64,000 nucleotides of DNA, from assembly GCA_965603825.1 (NCBI GenBank), contig CBFDEM010000051.1:806807-870806 (forward strand), written 5' to 3'. Numbering within the stretch: position 1 is the stretch's first letter; each line of letters begins with the position of its first letter. Positions 25,465 to 37,400 of the stretch are shown here, piece after piece. A program made the position numbers and the translations under genes. Under the pieces are notes generated by a model that was not told where the DNA came from, searched no databases, and saw only the letters and a list, made by a program, of their open reading frames with translations. The DNA comes from Blepharisma stoltei ATCC 30299 (lineage: Eukaryota > Protista > Ciliophora).

Positions 25465-27228
25465 TTAATTATTTAAGCCTGATACCCAGTCTTTCTTATA
25501 CCCTTCTTTGCATTTCATGAATTCTTCATTACTTTTTATAAAGTTTAATAACCACTCAAATCTTGGGCGATTCTTATAATTTTCTTCAAGCATTTTATCA
25601 AGTAGTTCCTTAAACCATGAAGTTTGAGGTCTAGAATTGGCTATATAAATTTTTATACGCTGATTAAAGCTTTCAACATCTTCCCTTTCATTCGACAATA
25701 GCTCAGATTTAGCCATTTGTAATATGACAAGCCCCAAAGAATAAACATCTGCACGCTCTCGGCTATATTTAACAGACTCCTTATATTGTAAGCCCCGATA
25801 AATTTCAGCTGCTGCATCTGAAGGCGTTCCTTTGCATGGAAGTTCTAATGTATGGCTGTCGCTTGGTTCATCAATATTGTCTGATATATTGAAGTCTATA
25901 AGTTTGAATTCATTAGTCTGACTGATAACAATATTCGCAGGTTTAATGTCTCTATGATAAATTTTATTCTTTTTTTTCAAATCGCTTAAAGCTTCAATAA
26001 ATAAGTATGCAAAGTAAGCTAAATCATTATCAGAAAAGTGCACATTGTTAGGTATCAATTTAGAAAGATCGCACTTGCAAAGCTCTATTATAATAAAGTG
26101 TTGTTGTTTGTAGTCAAAAGTTCCAAAATATTTCAAATAAATAGTTGCTCGTGTGCTGGACAATTTTTCATAGCACTCTTTTTCCTTTTGATATTGATTT
26201 AAAATGATATCAGAATTTCCTTCTTTGAAGATTTTGATGCAAATATGATTTTCATTAAGCAAGCATTTATACTCAAAAATAGATATACCTTCGTTTGATC
26301 AAAGTTTTAATATAGGGCTTACTATTTCAATTTGGCTGTTATCACCAATTCAATGATCTTCGAAAATCGGGCTAAATTCAGAAGAAAGAAAGATATCTTT
26401 TTTAGGAAGGCTAAGATTTTGAATCTCTAGGAGTTCTAAACTCTTAATATTGCTTGAATCCATTTCAAATTTTTCACAAAATCGGGTGATATCATCTTCA
26501 ATTTCAGGATAATACTTATTTGTAAAGGAATTTAATTTGTTGAGTATGCTTTTGACCAAAATTTTATCACAAGTTTCTATACTTTCCTCTTCTAGCCAGC
26601 TGCGGGCCTTTTCGATTCATGATCCTTCAGAATAAAATAAATCAAAACCCCAGCCTTCCTTTATTGTCTTTACAGTAAAATAGCTTTTTATTAAGTCTTC
26701 TTCGCCTCCTACATATTCCTGTATTCCAAGATCAATAAACTCAAATTGCTCTTTTTGTGCTAAAACTTGGGGATCAAATTGTTTTTCAATTTCTTTTAAA
26801 ATATTTAGAAATGCAAAGGTCTTTTCGATAGTTTCATAAGAGAATAAAACCTCTTTTATGCTATCAATGATAAGTTTAAGCCAAGGCTCAAAGTTTACTT
26901 CTTTTAAATGATTTTCTCCATTACATAAATTTTTCATAATTCCAATTAATTTGAGGTATTGAGGAATGAGAGTTCACTCATCTGCCAAATTTGTGACTTC
27001 AATTAATTGTATGAATTTGGCGTAATAAAGTGCTGCTGCATTAAAGAATAAACTAGGTGCTGAAGTTGCAAGATCCTGAACATTTGGCTTTATTTCCTTT
27101 AAGATACCTAATGGCATAATCGAACAGCCAGATTTCAATAACTGGCTAATCCCAGGTAGTCTTTCGTCAGCTAAATTCCTCAAATTTATCAAAATGTTTG
27201 AAATGAAGTTTTCGAGGGTTGCCTCCAT
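25465..27228 (-). CDS. Atypical protein kinase, subfamily B
   Basis: Four track ORFs join in one 587-aa frame through TGA. Motifs ICIK, HRDIKPAN, DFN, AAE in place of APE, ADVYSLG. Confidence 0.85.
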
Positions 27229-28084
27229 TTAAAGTCTAGAAGATTTTATTAGTTAAAATTATGCTGGATTTATTTAACTCATGATTATTAGCAACTGGAA
27301 TAATAACAAAATTTACAATTTTTTTATATATTTTGCACTCTAAAAGTAGCACTGAAATATCCTCTGGGGTATTTTTAGCTCTACTCTTAGGTTGCTTTTA
27401 TAGCTAGATATGCATATTAATTAATTTTAAAATCAAATATGATTAAGAAGATATAGCTATTAAAATTGCTGATTTTATTTCTTTATAAATACAAAATTTA
27501 TAAGATTGAAAGAGATTAATCTCTCTTAAACTACCTCTCTCACTCAAAATTGATTTTATTGCACTAGTTTTATATGTGTACTTCTACTTGAAATGGAGCA
27601 ATGAGAAGTTTTTATAACCTAGAAAAAAATATTAGCTGCAAAAATGGTAACTAGACTGGTTAGAACTACCTGAGTATTTGCAAGACTTAAGGGCTCTATA
27701 TATCACTGGAATAAGAAGAGATGCCAGTTATTAGGCCATTTAGAGTAATACTAAGACCGAAAAAACTCTTTGCAGATAAATACTCTCTGCTAAATTTAAT
27801 TAAGTTATAGATTGCAGTTCAAATTAATATCAACTAATACACTTATGTGAGTAAGCTTTAAAATCTGTTAGAATTAAAATATTTTCAAAGTTTATTAGAA
27901 ATAATTCCGTTAAAAGTCTTTAATATAAATTTCATCAAAAATAAATTTTCAAATAATTTTAATTGTCTGTTACTTAAATTTTAATAGAATTTTGAATAAC
28001 TCTGAATACTCAGAAACTCCATGGCAACGTATAAATTACAGATTTTTCAATGCGATTTGCAATTAACCATTAATTTTACCCAAT

Positions 28085-28688
28085 ATGAGCAAGCCTAATA
28101 CCGTAAGTCAAGCACTTGGTGAGATCGAAAAAGCTTACGCGACTATTTTGTCAAAGCTCCCATTAACCAATGAGGGTACTGAATCCACCCCAAAGCGAGC
28201 TGCCAAAGCTTTAGTTGAGCTAACCCAAGGCTATTTTACAACGCCTTGCGAAAAAATCGGAGAAGGCATTTTCCCACATGACGGTTCAGGAGTTGTCCAC
28301 GTTAAAGGACTGGAGATTTGCTCTCTCTGTGAGCATCATCTACTGCCTTTTATAGGAAATTGCTCTATCACGTAAGTTTTATTATAGGTACATCCCTGAT
28401 AAAAAGATGCTCGGTCTCAGCAAACTCAAAAGAATCTCTGATATCTTCGCACGGCGTCTTCAGGTCCAGGAAAGACTCACAGAGCAAATTGCTGATGCCA
28501 TTGAAAAAGCGATCCAGCCAAAGGGAGTGCTTGTCGTCATAAGAAGCGTACATTTGTGTATGAAAATGAGAGGAGTTTGTGAAAAGGATCCGGAAACTTG
28601 TACGGTGGTGAGAAAAGGCGAATTCGCGAACAATCAATTACTCACTATGCAATACATGGCTGAAAGCCAGCATACTCCGAAACTTTAA
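28085..28688 (+). CDS. GCH1: GTP cyclohydrolase I (one 16-nt intron at 28372-28387)
   Basis: Motifs TPKRAAKA, SLCEHHLLPF, GLSKLKR, RRLQVQERLT, HLCMKMRGV. Splicing restores SITYIPDKK and gives 195 aa. Confidence 0.95.
28372..28387 (+). other. 16-nt spliceosomal intron
   Basis: GTAAGTTTTATTATAG; removal fixes the frameshift in GCH1. Confidence 0.92.
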
Positions 28689-29625
28689 AGATATTTAAAC
28701 TTTAGCTCTATTCACAAATTTTGCATATTTTCTTAGACTTGTTGCATAAATATCAGCCACAATCTTTTTAAATTAATCATCACAATGAAAATCAGATATC
28801 AAGATAATAAATTTCTGGGAAAAAAGAGAGATTTATTGAAAGTCTTATGATAGGAATTTTTGCGTATAGAGAAATCTGATATTTTAGAGGATTAAATAGT
28901 GCCATAAGCACATCTAAATATTTTCTTTTTTAAAATTTAGCTTAGCGTCTTAGAAAAAGCAAAGGGCTTGAAAAAATTGTATGGATGAATTATAAAAATG
29001 AAGAGTATTTGAAATCAAGTTTGGGCTGACGTTATAAATAAGCATATTCAAATAAAATCAACGAATTAATATATAAGATTGGAAAGTCCATAATTTTAAT
29101 ATAGCTTTGCTATCTAATATTGCTATACATAAACTATTCATTGAGCTCCTGGACCGATTTATAAATATTTAAATGCTTAAGGTGCATATTCTATTTAAAA
29201 GAAATTGTATTTTTATAAAGAATTATTATACAAGATTGATGTCGATATTTCATTAACAGAACAAAATATATAATTACCAAGATTAATTATTTTACCTTTA
29301 ATTTAAAATAAATTAGTGAACATAATTTAAGTTAATACTAAATCAGAGACAATGACTAGAGGCACTATTAGCTGGAATGCAAATATAAAGTTTAACAAGC
29401 ATGAAGACTTTAATAAATCGAGCTATATGCTACATTAAAATTTATTAAATAATAAAAAAATGACGATCATCTTGAGACTATAAGCTAATATTTTTTAGCT
29501 TTCAAAGAAATTTTCTTATGGTATATTTTATCAATATCAATCAAATTAATGAAAATTCATGAAGAAATCTTCTTGATAAAAATTAATCAGAATATAAAAT
29601 AGCAGAATGAGCAAATTTATCAGCT

Positions 29626-29664
29626 AAAATTTGCTGTAGCAATTTTAAAGCTACAGCAAATTTT
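29626..29664. repeat. Perfect 15-bp inverted repeat with 9-nt loop
   Basis: AAAATTTGCTGTAGC-aattttaaa-GCTACAGCAAATTTT. Confidence 0.85.
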
Positions 29665-30166
29665 CATTTACTTTGAAAAAGTCATTTATAAAACTCAAAA
29701 AACTCTCCAGCTTTGTTCCTTATATTTATTATGGCTAAATTGCATGATTGCGATCCTATAAATGATACAAGAGATAGATGAATAAATTTAAGTTTAAATA
29801 TCAAGAGAAATCATGATAATAATGACTCAGAATTTTCATTAATTATCCGAATATAAAACTCTGCTTATTTATCATCAGAATTTGAATTATTTTCATGCGG
29901 TTATTAAGTTAATTCGACTCTCACTCATTTATTTCTGTGCAAGATGATATTAAGCTATTAAGTTATTTTCCTTTTCAAACCTATTGCCTTGCGTCCCTTT
30001 CCATATCTAAAATCGCATTTACTGACCATTGCAACTTTTCTTATTAAATTGTTTAATAGCTTATAAAATTCGATTTCCTGCAATCAATCTTTTCTCATGC
30101 TATATAATTTAAATTGAATGGATTTTTACTTGACCGCAATTTTCTCCGATATCTTAATAAAAATAA

Positions 30167-33100
30167 ATGCCAAAATTCAATATTTCTCCCCAAGAAGACG
30201 TTCAATTCCTTGAAAACCGTGAATTAATCACTGTTTACCCTGAACTCAATTCTAAAATCTTGGCATTCTTCGGGAGCTTTTTTAGGGCTAAATATGATCA
30301 AAAAATATCACTTAAAAAGCAAATTATCATAGAGGCAACAGTTAGCATAATTATAGCAGTTCAGTCGGTCTCGATTATTTGATATGCATTAATGCCTATC
30401 AGCAATTGGGAGAGCTATTCGGTTTTTTGAGAGGTCATGGGCTATACCAATTTGGAGAGTATTTGTGACGCGTTTAATATTTTGGATAAGTGCTTCTATG
30501 CAGTGATAATAAATATTTCATTTTGTGCGCTGTCAGTCTTTTCTGCTGGAATTTTAAATTTTTATGGAAGAAGTCTGCCAGAAAGTGTCATGGCTATATC
30601 AAGGAAAGTATTTTTTATGCTTACTACAGTGCTTTATATTCCGTTTTTGCTAGTCCTGCTTGATACTTTTACAGAATCATCGCATTTAAAGGAATCAGCA
30701 GGATCTACCAGCGAAAATAGTGGAACAAGTGCAGACTTTGATAGTCTCGGGGTCGCATTGAGTATTTTTTTTATAGTGATTTTTGTGTTTTTAAATGTAA
30801 TTTCCGAGTTTTTTACTGCAGATTTATCCCATATGCATGTAGAAATTAATTTAAAAGCTAGATCACATTCTTCATTAGATTTGCTGATTTGGTTGTTTTA
30901 TGCCGCTGAGTGCGTTATTTATTATATTGGGAGCAGAGACTATGCAGTTGGGAGCCAAATTGGAATTTTATCCTTAGCTGTTCTTTTGTGCTGGATGCTC
31001 TTGGCAGATTTCGCTTATTTTAATTCTACTGCTAGTGCAATACAACTATGCAAGCTGGTATCACTCGTGGTAAGCTTGCTTTCTTTTTTACTAGCAGCTG
31101 CAATTGATGACAGCTTAATAACCGTCCTTGGGTATCTAGTTATTCAGCCTTTTATTTTGATAAACACTTTTCGAAAAGTCAAGAATCAAGGTCCTTTGAA
31201 AAAGACTGAACTCAAAACAATCAATGACTTCGAATTAAGCATAAGGAGCTTAATGATAGACCCAAAACTCGAAAATAAAGAAAGGATCATAGACTTGTTT
31301 AACCGGTACTTTAAATGCAAATCTTCACAAAGAAATAAGCTGGCCTATATATGGGAGATTAATTATTGCCTTCATGGATTAGATGACGAGAGGCTGGCAA
31401 GGATTAAATTATCTAGGCTCAATAGTGTAGCGCAATCCTTAGAAGGCGCAATTCAAGAGTGAAAAATTAGTGAACAGCTGAAGAAAAATATCCAAGAAAG
31501 TCCTCAGGATATACAGTATATCCAATATGTGCTAGACATAGAAAAGACAAAAAACTATGATATTGATTTGTGTGTCGGACTTGTAAATTTATTGACAGAG
31601 TTTTCTAGGGAATCCCCAGATGTTAAAAAGCTAATCACTTTTATATCATCTGTCTCTGATCTTGCTGCCAAATCAAAAAGCTCATATGAGAAAATAATTG
31701 ATAAGTATAAAAATATCGAAGCTTTCGACCTTTTTATATCTTTTTTGGAAAATGTCCTCAGAAAGTTTGATGATGCTAATGCGATTAGAAGAAAAAAGAA
31801 CTGGCTCACTGAAATCGGCTCAATAATAAAGAATGACAGCGCCATTAAGATTTTTAATAAAAAAGTCGGGATTATCCTGATCTCCGCAAACCCAGAAACT
31901 ATGGGCCTTATTACACACATAAACGATAACGCATCTAGGTACCTTAAGATTTCCAAACAAGAAGCAATAGGCAGCGATTTATCAGATTTTGTTCCTTACC
32001 CTTATAAAATTAATCACAGGCAGCATCTTTTACACTTCACATCACGATGCAACGACTCAAACAAAGAAATCACTCCAATGTTTTTCGTGCAAGACCACCA
32101 AGAATATTTATTTGACTGCAATATTGAGATAAAATACACAGCTCTCCACTACAATTCTTATTTCTTAGTATCCTTGAAGCCTCACCATTATTCTCGTCAA
32201 ATAATTTTGGTTTCAGATGAAGGCTTTATTTTGGGCTATTCCATGAAAATCCCAGCTATTTTTGGCTTATCTGACCGCTGGACGCTCAACAGATCAACTA
32301 TTTTTGATTTTGTCGCTGATTACTCAGAGATGAGTCTGAACCATACTTATTATATTTTTTACAAAAACAAAAAACTCGCAGTTGTGAGACAAAATTTACA
32401 CATAAAGTCTGTCACAATTCACATTGTTATGGTCATCAGCGAGCCAAGTCATATTGAAATGCTGGAGCAAGGCTACACTTTGGAGCAAATGTTTTGGGCC
32501 ATAAGCAATCAAGGCTCAGAAAAAGAAGTTTCAAGAGAAAACATAATGGAAAGAGTGAAGATTTTGTCAAGTAAGCATGAAACTGACATGGACTACTCAA
32601 TAAGCACAGAAAAGCTCGATGAAACCCAGATCGCTACTACTGAAAAATGGCTAAAAGCTAACAAAAGTGACACAAAATCCAACTTGTCTCCAAGCCAGTC
32701 TTCAACGCAGTCAAAAAGCTCGATCCTCATCACAAATAATTTCGTTTCACAGATAAGAAGGGCTGTTAATGTTTTTCGAGTTGTTTTGCTGATTGCTGTC
32801 TTGGTCATGCTTGGAATAAACTTCGCGATTCTTGGCGTTATTTATAGTAATGTCTCCCATTCGACGTCAATACAGTCTTTTAATGATATGGGGCAGGCTC
32901 TTTATTGTATAGCTTCAATTGCTAATCTAGTGAGGTCAATCGATCTAGAATACAGGACTGGAAAATATAACTTAACAAGGGACACGGGATATTTGGAAGA
33001 GAATATGGTCAGTTTATCTTTATTGCAAAAGAATCTGCTGGATGACTACGATGACTGAAGCTACTGCTCAGCGTCAAAAATCATGACTGATAACGAAATC

Positions 33101-34318
33101 CCTATATGAAATTTTGCATCTGGGACGCCAATTTTGATTTACTACAATTTATATGATGCTATGCAGGAATTCATAAACTATGTAATTTACATTTAGGGGC
33201 GAGACCTCCTGCTGCTGATTGAGGAAAAAAATGCAAACTATAACCAAGAACTATATTTTTTGGTCCTTAACAGCTTGAGTTTTGGGTACCATAAAATTGA
33301 TCACTCGCTTCAAGAGCTTGTTGATTGTGAAAAGAATCGAATTAAGGACTCTGGAGATAACTTAAGAATCATTATTATCTGCGTCATTCTTATTCTTGGA
33401 GGAATAGCTGCATTTCTTATATCTTGCATCGTTCTTATTAGAAGAAAATATGAGATGTTGTGGGCTTATATTAGGATAAACGCTTTTAACTCATATGCGA
33501 CTCTCAAAGCATCAGCTATTGACAGACTCTCAGCAATCCATGAAATTATACTGGAAGACGAAAGCAGACCGAACTCCAGCAAGCTCAAAGAGAAGCCTAT
33601 CAACACAAAGATTTTATTTAGATACAGCGTCAGGGTATTCTCTCTTGCTGCTTTGTCGCTTTCCTTTTATCTATTGACTTTGTTTTATCTGTATGTAAAC
33701 TGTGAAGAAGCAATGCAAAACAGACCTCAATTGTTGTACAATTTTATTGAAAGAAGGACTCTGTTGTCTCAAATCGGACTTTTTGCAAGAGATGTAAACC
33801 GACCACAGATGGTTAGGACTTTCCCAAACTCATACGGACTTGCCAATCCCAACATTCAGCTAAATTATCTAATTGACAGGTTTGCTAAGAGCGCAACACA
33901 AATCAGAAAGCACAAATACACATCTATGCTAAATAACTACCTATGAGATAGATATTTTGAAAGAGTCGCAAATTCAGCGCCTATTCTGGCGTTTGGTACC
34001 AGAGCAGGGCAATATTCAATCATTTTTGACGCATACAACCTGGCTGCCCCAAATTTCACACCGGCTGACCAGATGATGGCTGATTTTCTCGGAAATTGCT
34101 CTATAGTCCAAGAAGCCATCGGGAAGAATTATAACTTGACTGATCAATCAACAATAGATGTGATCAATGCCCAGCTCTGAAATTTCATTTATGTCACAAT
34201 TGCCTATTGTGTGATTCTTGCACTTCTATACTGCTTCTTCTATCTGCCATTCTTGGCAAAGGAAATTAGGCTCCTCTATAAGATAAAGAAAGCAGCCGCA
34301 ATTGTTGCTGACAAATAG
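30167..34318 (+). CDS. Multi-pass membrane protein with PAS-like domain (TmcB-like architecture), ~1378 aa
   Basis: All track ORFs join through TGA plus a 15-nt intron at 33182-33196. N-terminal TM bundle, PAS-like GLITHIN..ASRYL...EAIG..LSDFVP.PY...H, further TM helices, stop TAG. Confidence 0.8.
33182..33196 (+). other. 15-nt spliceosomal intron
   Basis: GTAATTTACATTTAG; removal eliminates the only in-frame TAG. Confidence 0.85.
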
Positions 34319-34411
34319 TAAGTTGTTTATAATTCAGTTCTCATATTATATTTTGAGATCCCTTATTAAATTAACACAAAGTCTAATGAAAATAGTCTAG
34401 CATTTCTAGTT

Positions 34412-37400
34412 TTAATCGCTGAAAAAAGTGTTGATTCTCGCATTGCTCCTTGCATGGGCTCTTTGGCTGCAGGTCCTTGACTCAAGAGCAAGCTTGCTTC
34501 CAATTTTTCCAAAAAATTTTAAATAAAGACTTTCTGGGCTATCAACGTCACTTCTGTAAAAGCCTTCTCTTCTAGCCTTTTTTCCATCACTGATTAAAGT
34601 AGCCTTTTTCTTTGCTTCAATTTGGTCATCTACTCCCTTTGATTCTATTCCAAATATTTCTTTCGCGTTAAGATTGTAAGAAAATAAGCTAGTTGCCAGT
34701 TCACGAAGTACTTTATAAACTCAAAATACCAGAAAAACAGCATTTGAAAAAATCATAAGGAAGAAAAAAAACCATTTAGAGCCGTCATTAAGATCATTTG
34801 TCAAAAAATAAAGGCCGCAATATATGGTCACTGCTGAAACAAAGACACCTCTCAGCTCCATCTCATTTAGGTCTGCTAGTTCAAATGGTCTTTTGATATG
34901 CTGAAAATATATAAAAACCAGCAAGATGCTTAGACATGTTAAAGCTTGTATGTTGGGAGAAATCGCATTAAAAATAGCTGAGAGAAAAATAATTCACATT
35001 TTTCTCATCATAACCACGAATTCCCAATAAAATCGTGACTCTTGATATCCATCATAAAGAAAGCCATACTTAATTTTATATTCAATTTGATACAGCTTTC
35101 TTTTATTACGAGTTAAATGTTGGAACACAAACAGTGGGACTCCTATCGACCATATAATAATAGATGGAAGCGCTATACAGAACGCATAAACTGTGTGGGT
35201 TCCATCCCAGCATTTTATGTCTAGATTTTTCATCAAATACTTTTCTTCATAAATGTCCATACAACTGAATGCTGAAAACATATAATTGGTGAGAGATGGA
35301 TGAATTAAGAAGAAAAGGATGCACAAAGTGGCTATAAACTCTCTTTTCATCACCCTCAAGCTTTTCTTTACAACTCCAATTGAGAGCCAAAACATGAACA
35401 CAATCAGTCCAAGTATTATTGGGATTAAAGAGCAAATTCAAAGCTTTGTAAAGTAAACCGTCTTGTATGAATCTGGATCATCTTTGCTGATAAGGAGACA
35501 GTCAAAGGAAAAAAATTGAGTTGAAACTTCTCCAGTTTTGCTCTGGTGCTCTACAAAGCTGGACACCATTCCTGGCCATGACAATCGCAATTGAGCAGCA
35601 AGAGAAACAAGCTGAAGGTAATTCACGAAAATTTTTAAATAGATGGACATAACTGAAGTCGGCTCATACGCACTTATTATAGTAGTACGGACTAAAATAG
35701 CCAAGGCCAAGGCTACTCCTAAAATGATAAAACAAATCTTGATAATAGTCCATGAGTTGTCACAAACTGCACAAACGTTGGAACTTGAATAAGAATATCC
35801 TATTTCGCATGCTTGGCATAAGTTTCCTTTGCACCCTGCAGAGCAGATTCCAGTCGTAGATATATAGCCGATATCAGACAATAGTCCACCTAAGCAAGCT
35901 CCTTTGTTCAAGCATTCATAAATACGAGCAGAATCATTACTTCCACGCCAATAGCCTGAGTTTGGGGCAATGAGGCTGCCTCCATAGCAATGTGCATGTG
36001 CAGGGCAATCAGAGCATTGATCATCAGTGCTTAAACTATATGTACCGTTATTGCATGCGATGCATGAATTGCTCTGCTGGAACTCTCCTTTTATGCATGT
36101 CCTTAGTGCAACGGAAACATTGCACTCAATATTTTGGCCTGAAAAGGAAATATATGGCGCTGAAATTGTTATATTTATTTCACTACCAGGGACTGCAATA
36201 ATCGAAAAATCATCAAAAATGATGATTCCACCATCAGGCGTGGTAGATGTAGTGCCTATCAAATTTGTATTGGAATCTCCCATTATGATGACTTCTAAAT
36301 CGTCAGAGCCGTATGCAACAACTTGAGAATAGTGATCAAGCAATCTCAGCTTTATTGGAGACGGAAACTTCTGGCTGCTTCCGACCCCAGAAAAACTAGT
36401 GAGTTGCCTTTGGCTATCTGAAATGACTAACTCAAACTTATATGGAAAAGAAGCGACATCTGATCCATAAGTTGCATTGCTACTTTGATAAGTATTATTA
36501 CTGATTTCTGGCATAGATCCAGCTCACCTAATAGCACCACCTGAGTGAATTGCAGAATTGTTGGTGAACATATTTTTCTTTATACTAGCCAAGCAGTTTT
36601 TATCGTTATAAGAGCATGAAATAAAGATCCCTCCTCCAGTTATAGCAGAATTCGAGTCAAAATCATTATCAGTTATACTTACCTTAGTATTTGAGAGCAG
36701 CAAATATATTCCTCCTCCGCTTCCTTCATTATCTTCTGAAATTGCTGAGTTATTTTTAAGTAAGCAGTTAGAAATAGTAAATTCTGGGCTTTCATAATAC
36801 TGCGAGTCAATATAGACTGCTCCACCCTTGTTTCTTGATGTGTTATTGATAAAGGAAGACCTTAGGATTTGCCCGTATTTTACGTTCTGCAGTAGTACTG
36901 CTCCTCCATTCTCTAAGCTAGCACCATTATAAAACTCGTCATCTTGAATATTTAGATAGCTTGTTTCAGTAGCAAAAATAGCCCCAGATTTAAAGTTGCT
37001 AAATTTTGAATCATAGACTTGCAGAACTCCCTGCACGTGAATCATATATGAACTGTTTTCAGTGCTCTCAGTTTCCCTTAAGTCTGAAAAATCTGAATTT
37101 TTTATTGTGATATTGCAATAGTCAGTCCCATAAATACCAGAAGAATAAAGGCTCCCTATTGAATAGCTTAATGAGGAGTCTTTCATCACCAAGAGTCCAC
37201 CAGAAAGCGCTATTGATCCTCCGCTTTCAGAATAGCCACCACTGAAGCTAGATTTTTCTATATAGATACTGCTGCTGAAACTTCCTATTATGAAAGCCCC
37301 TTGTCCAGAAGACGACTGACCGGCAAAAACCGTGTTTGATACGTTTAATACTGCTGTATTCAGTATTATACCTGGAGAACTATAAGCTGACGCATTTTCT

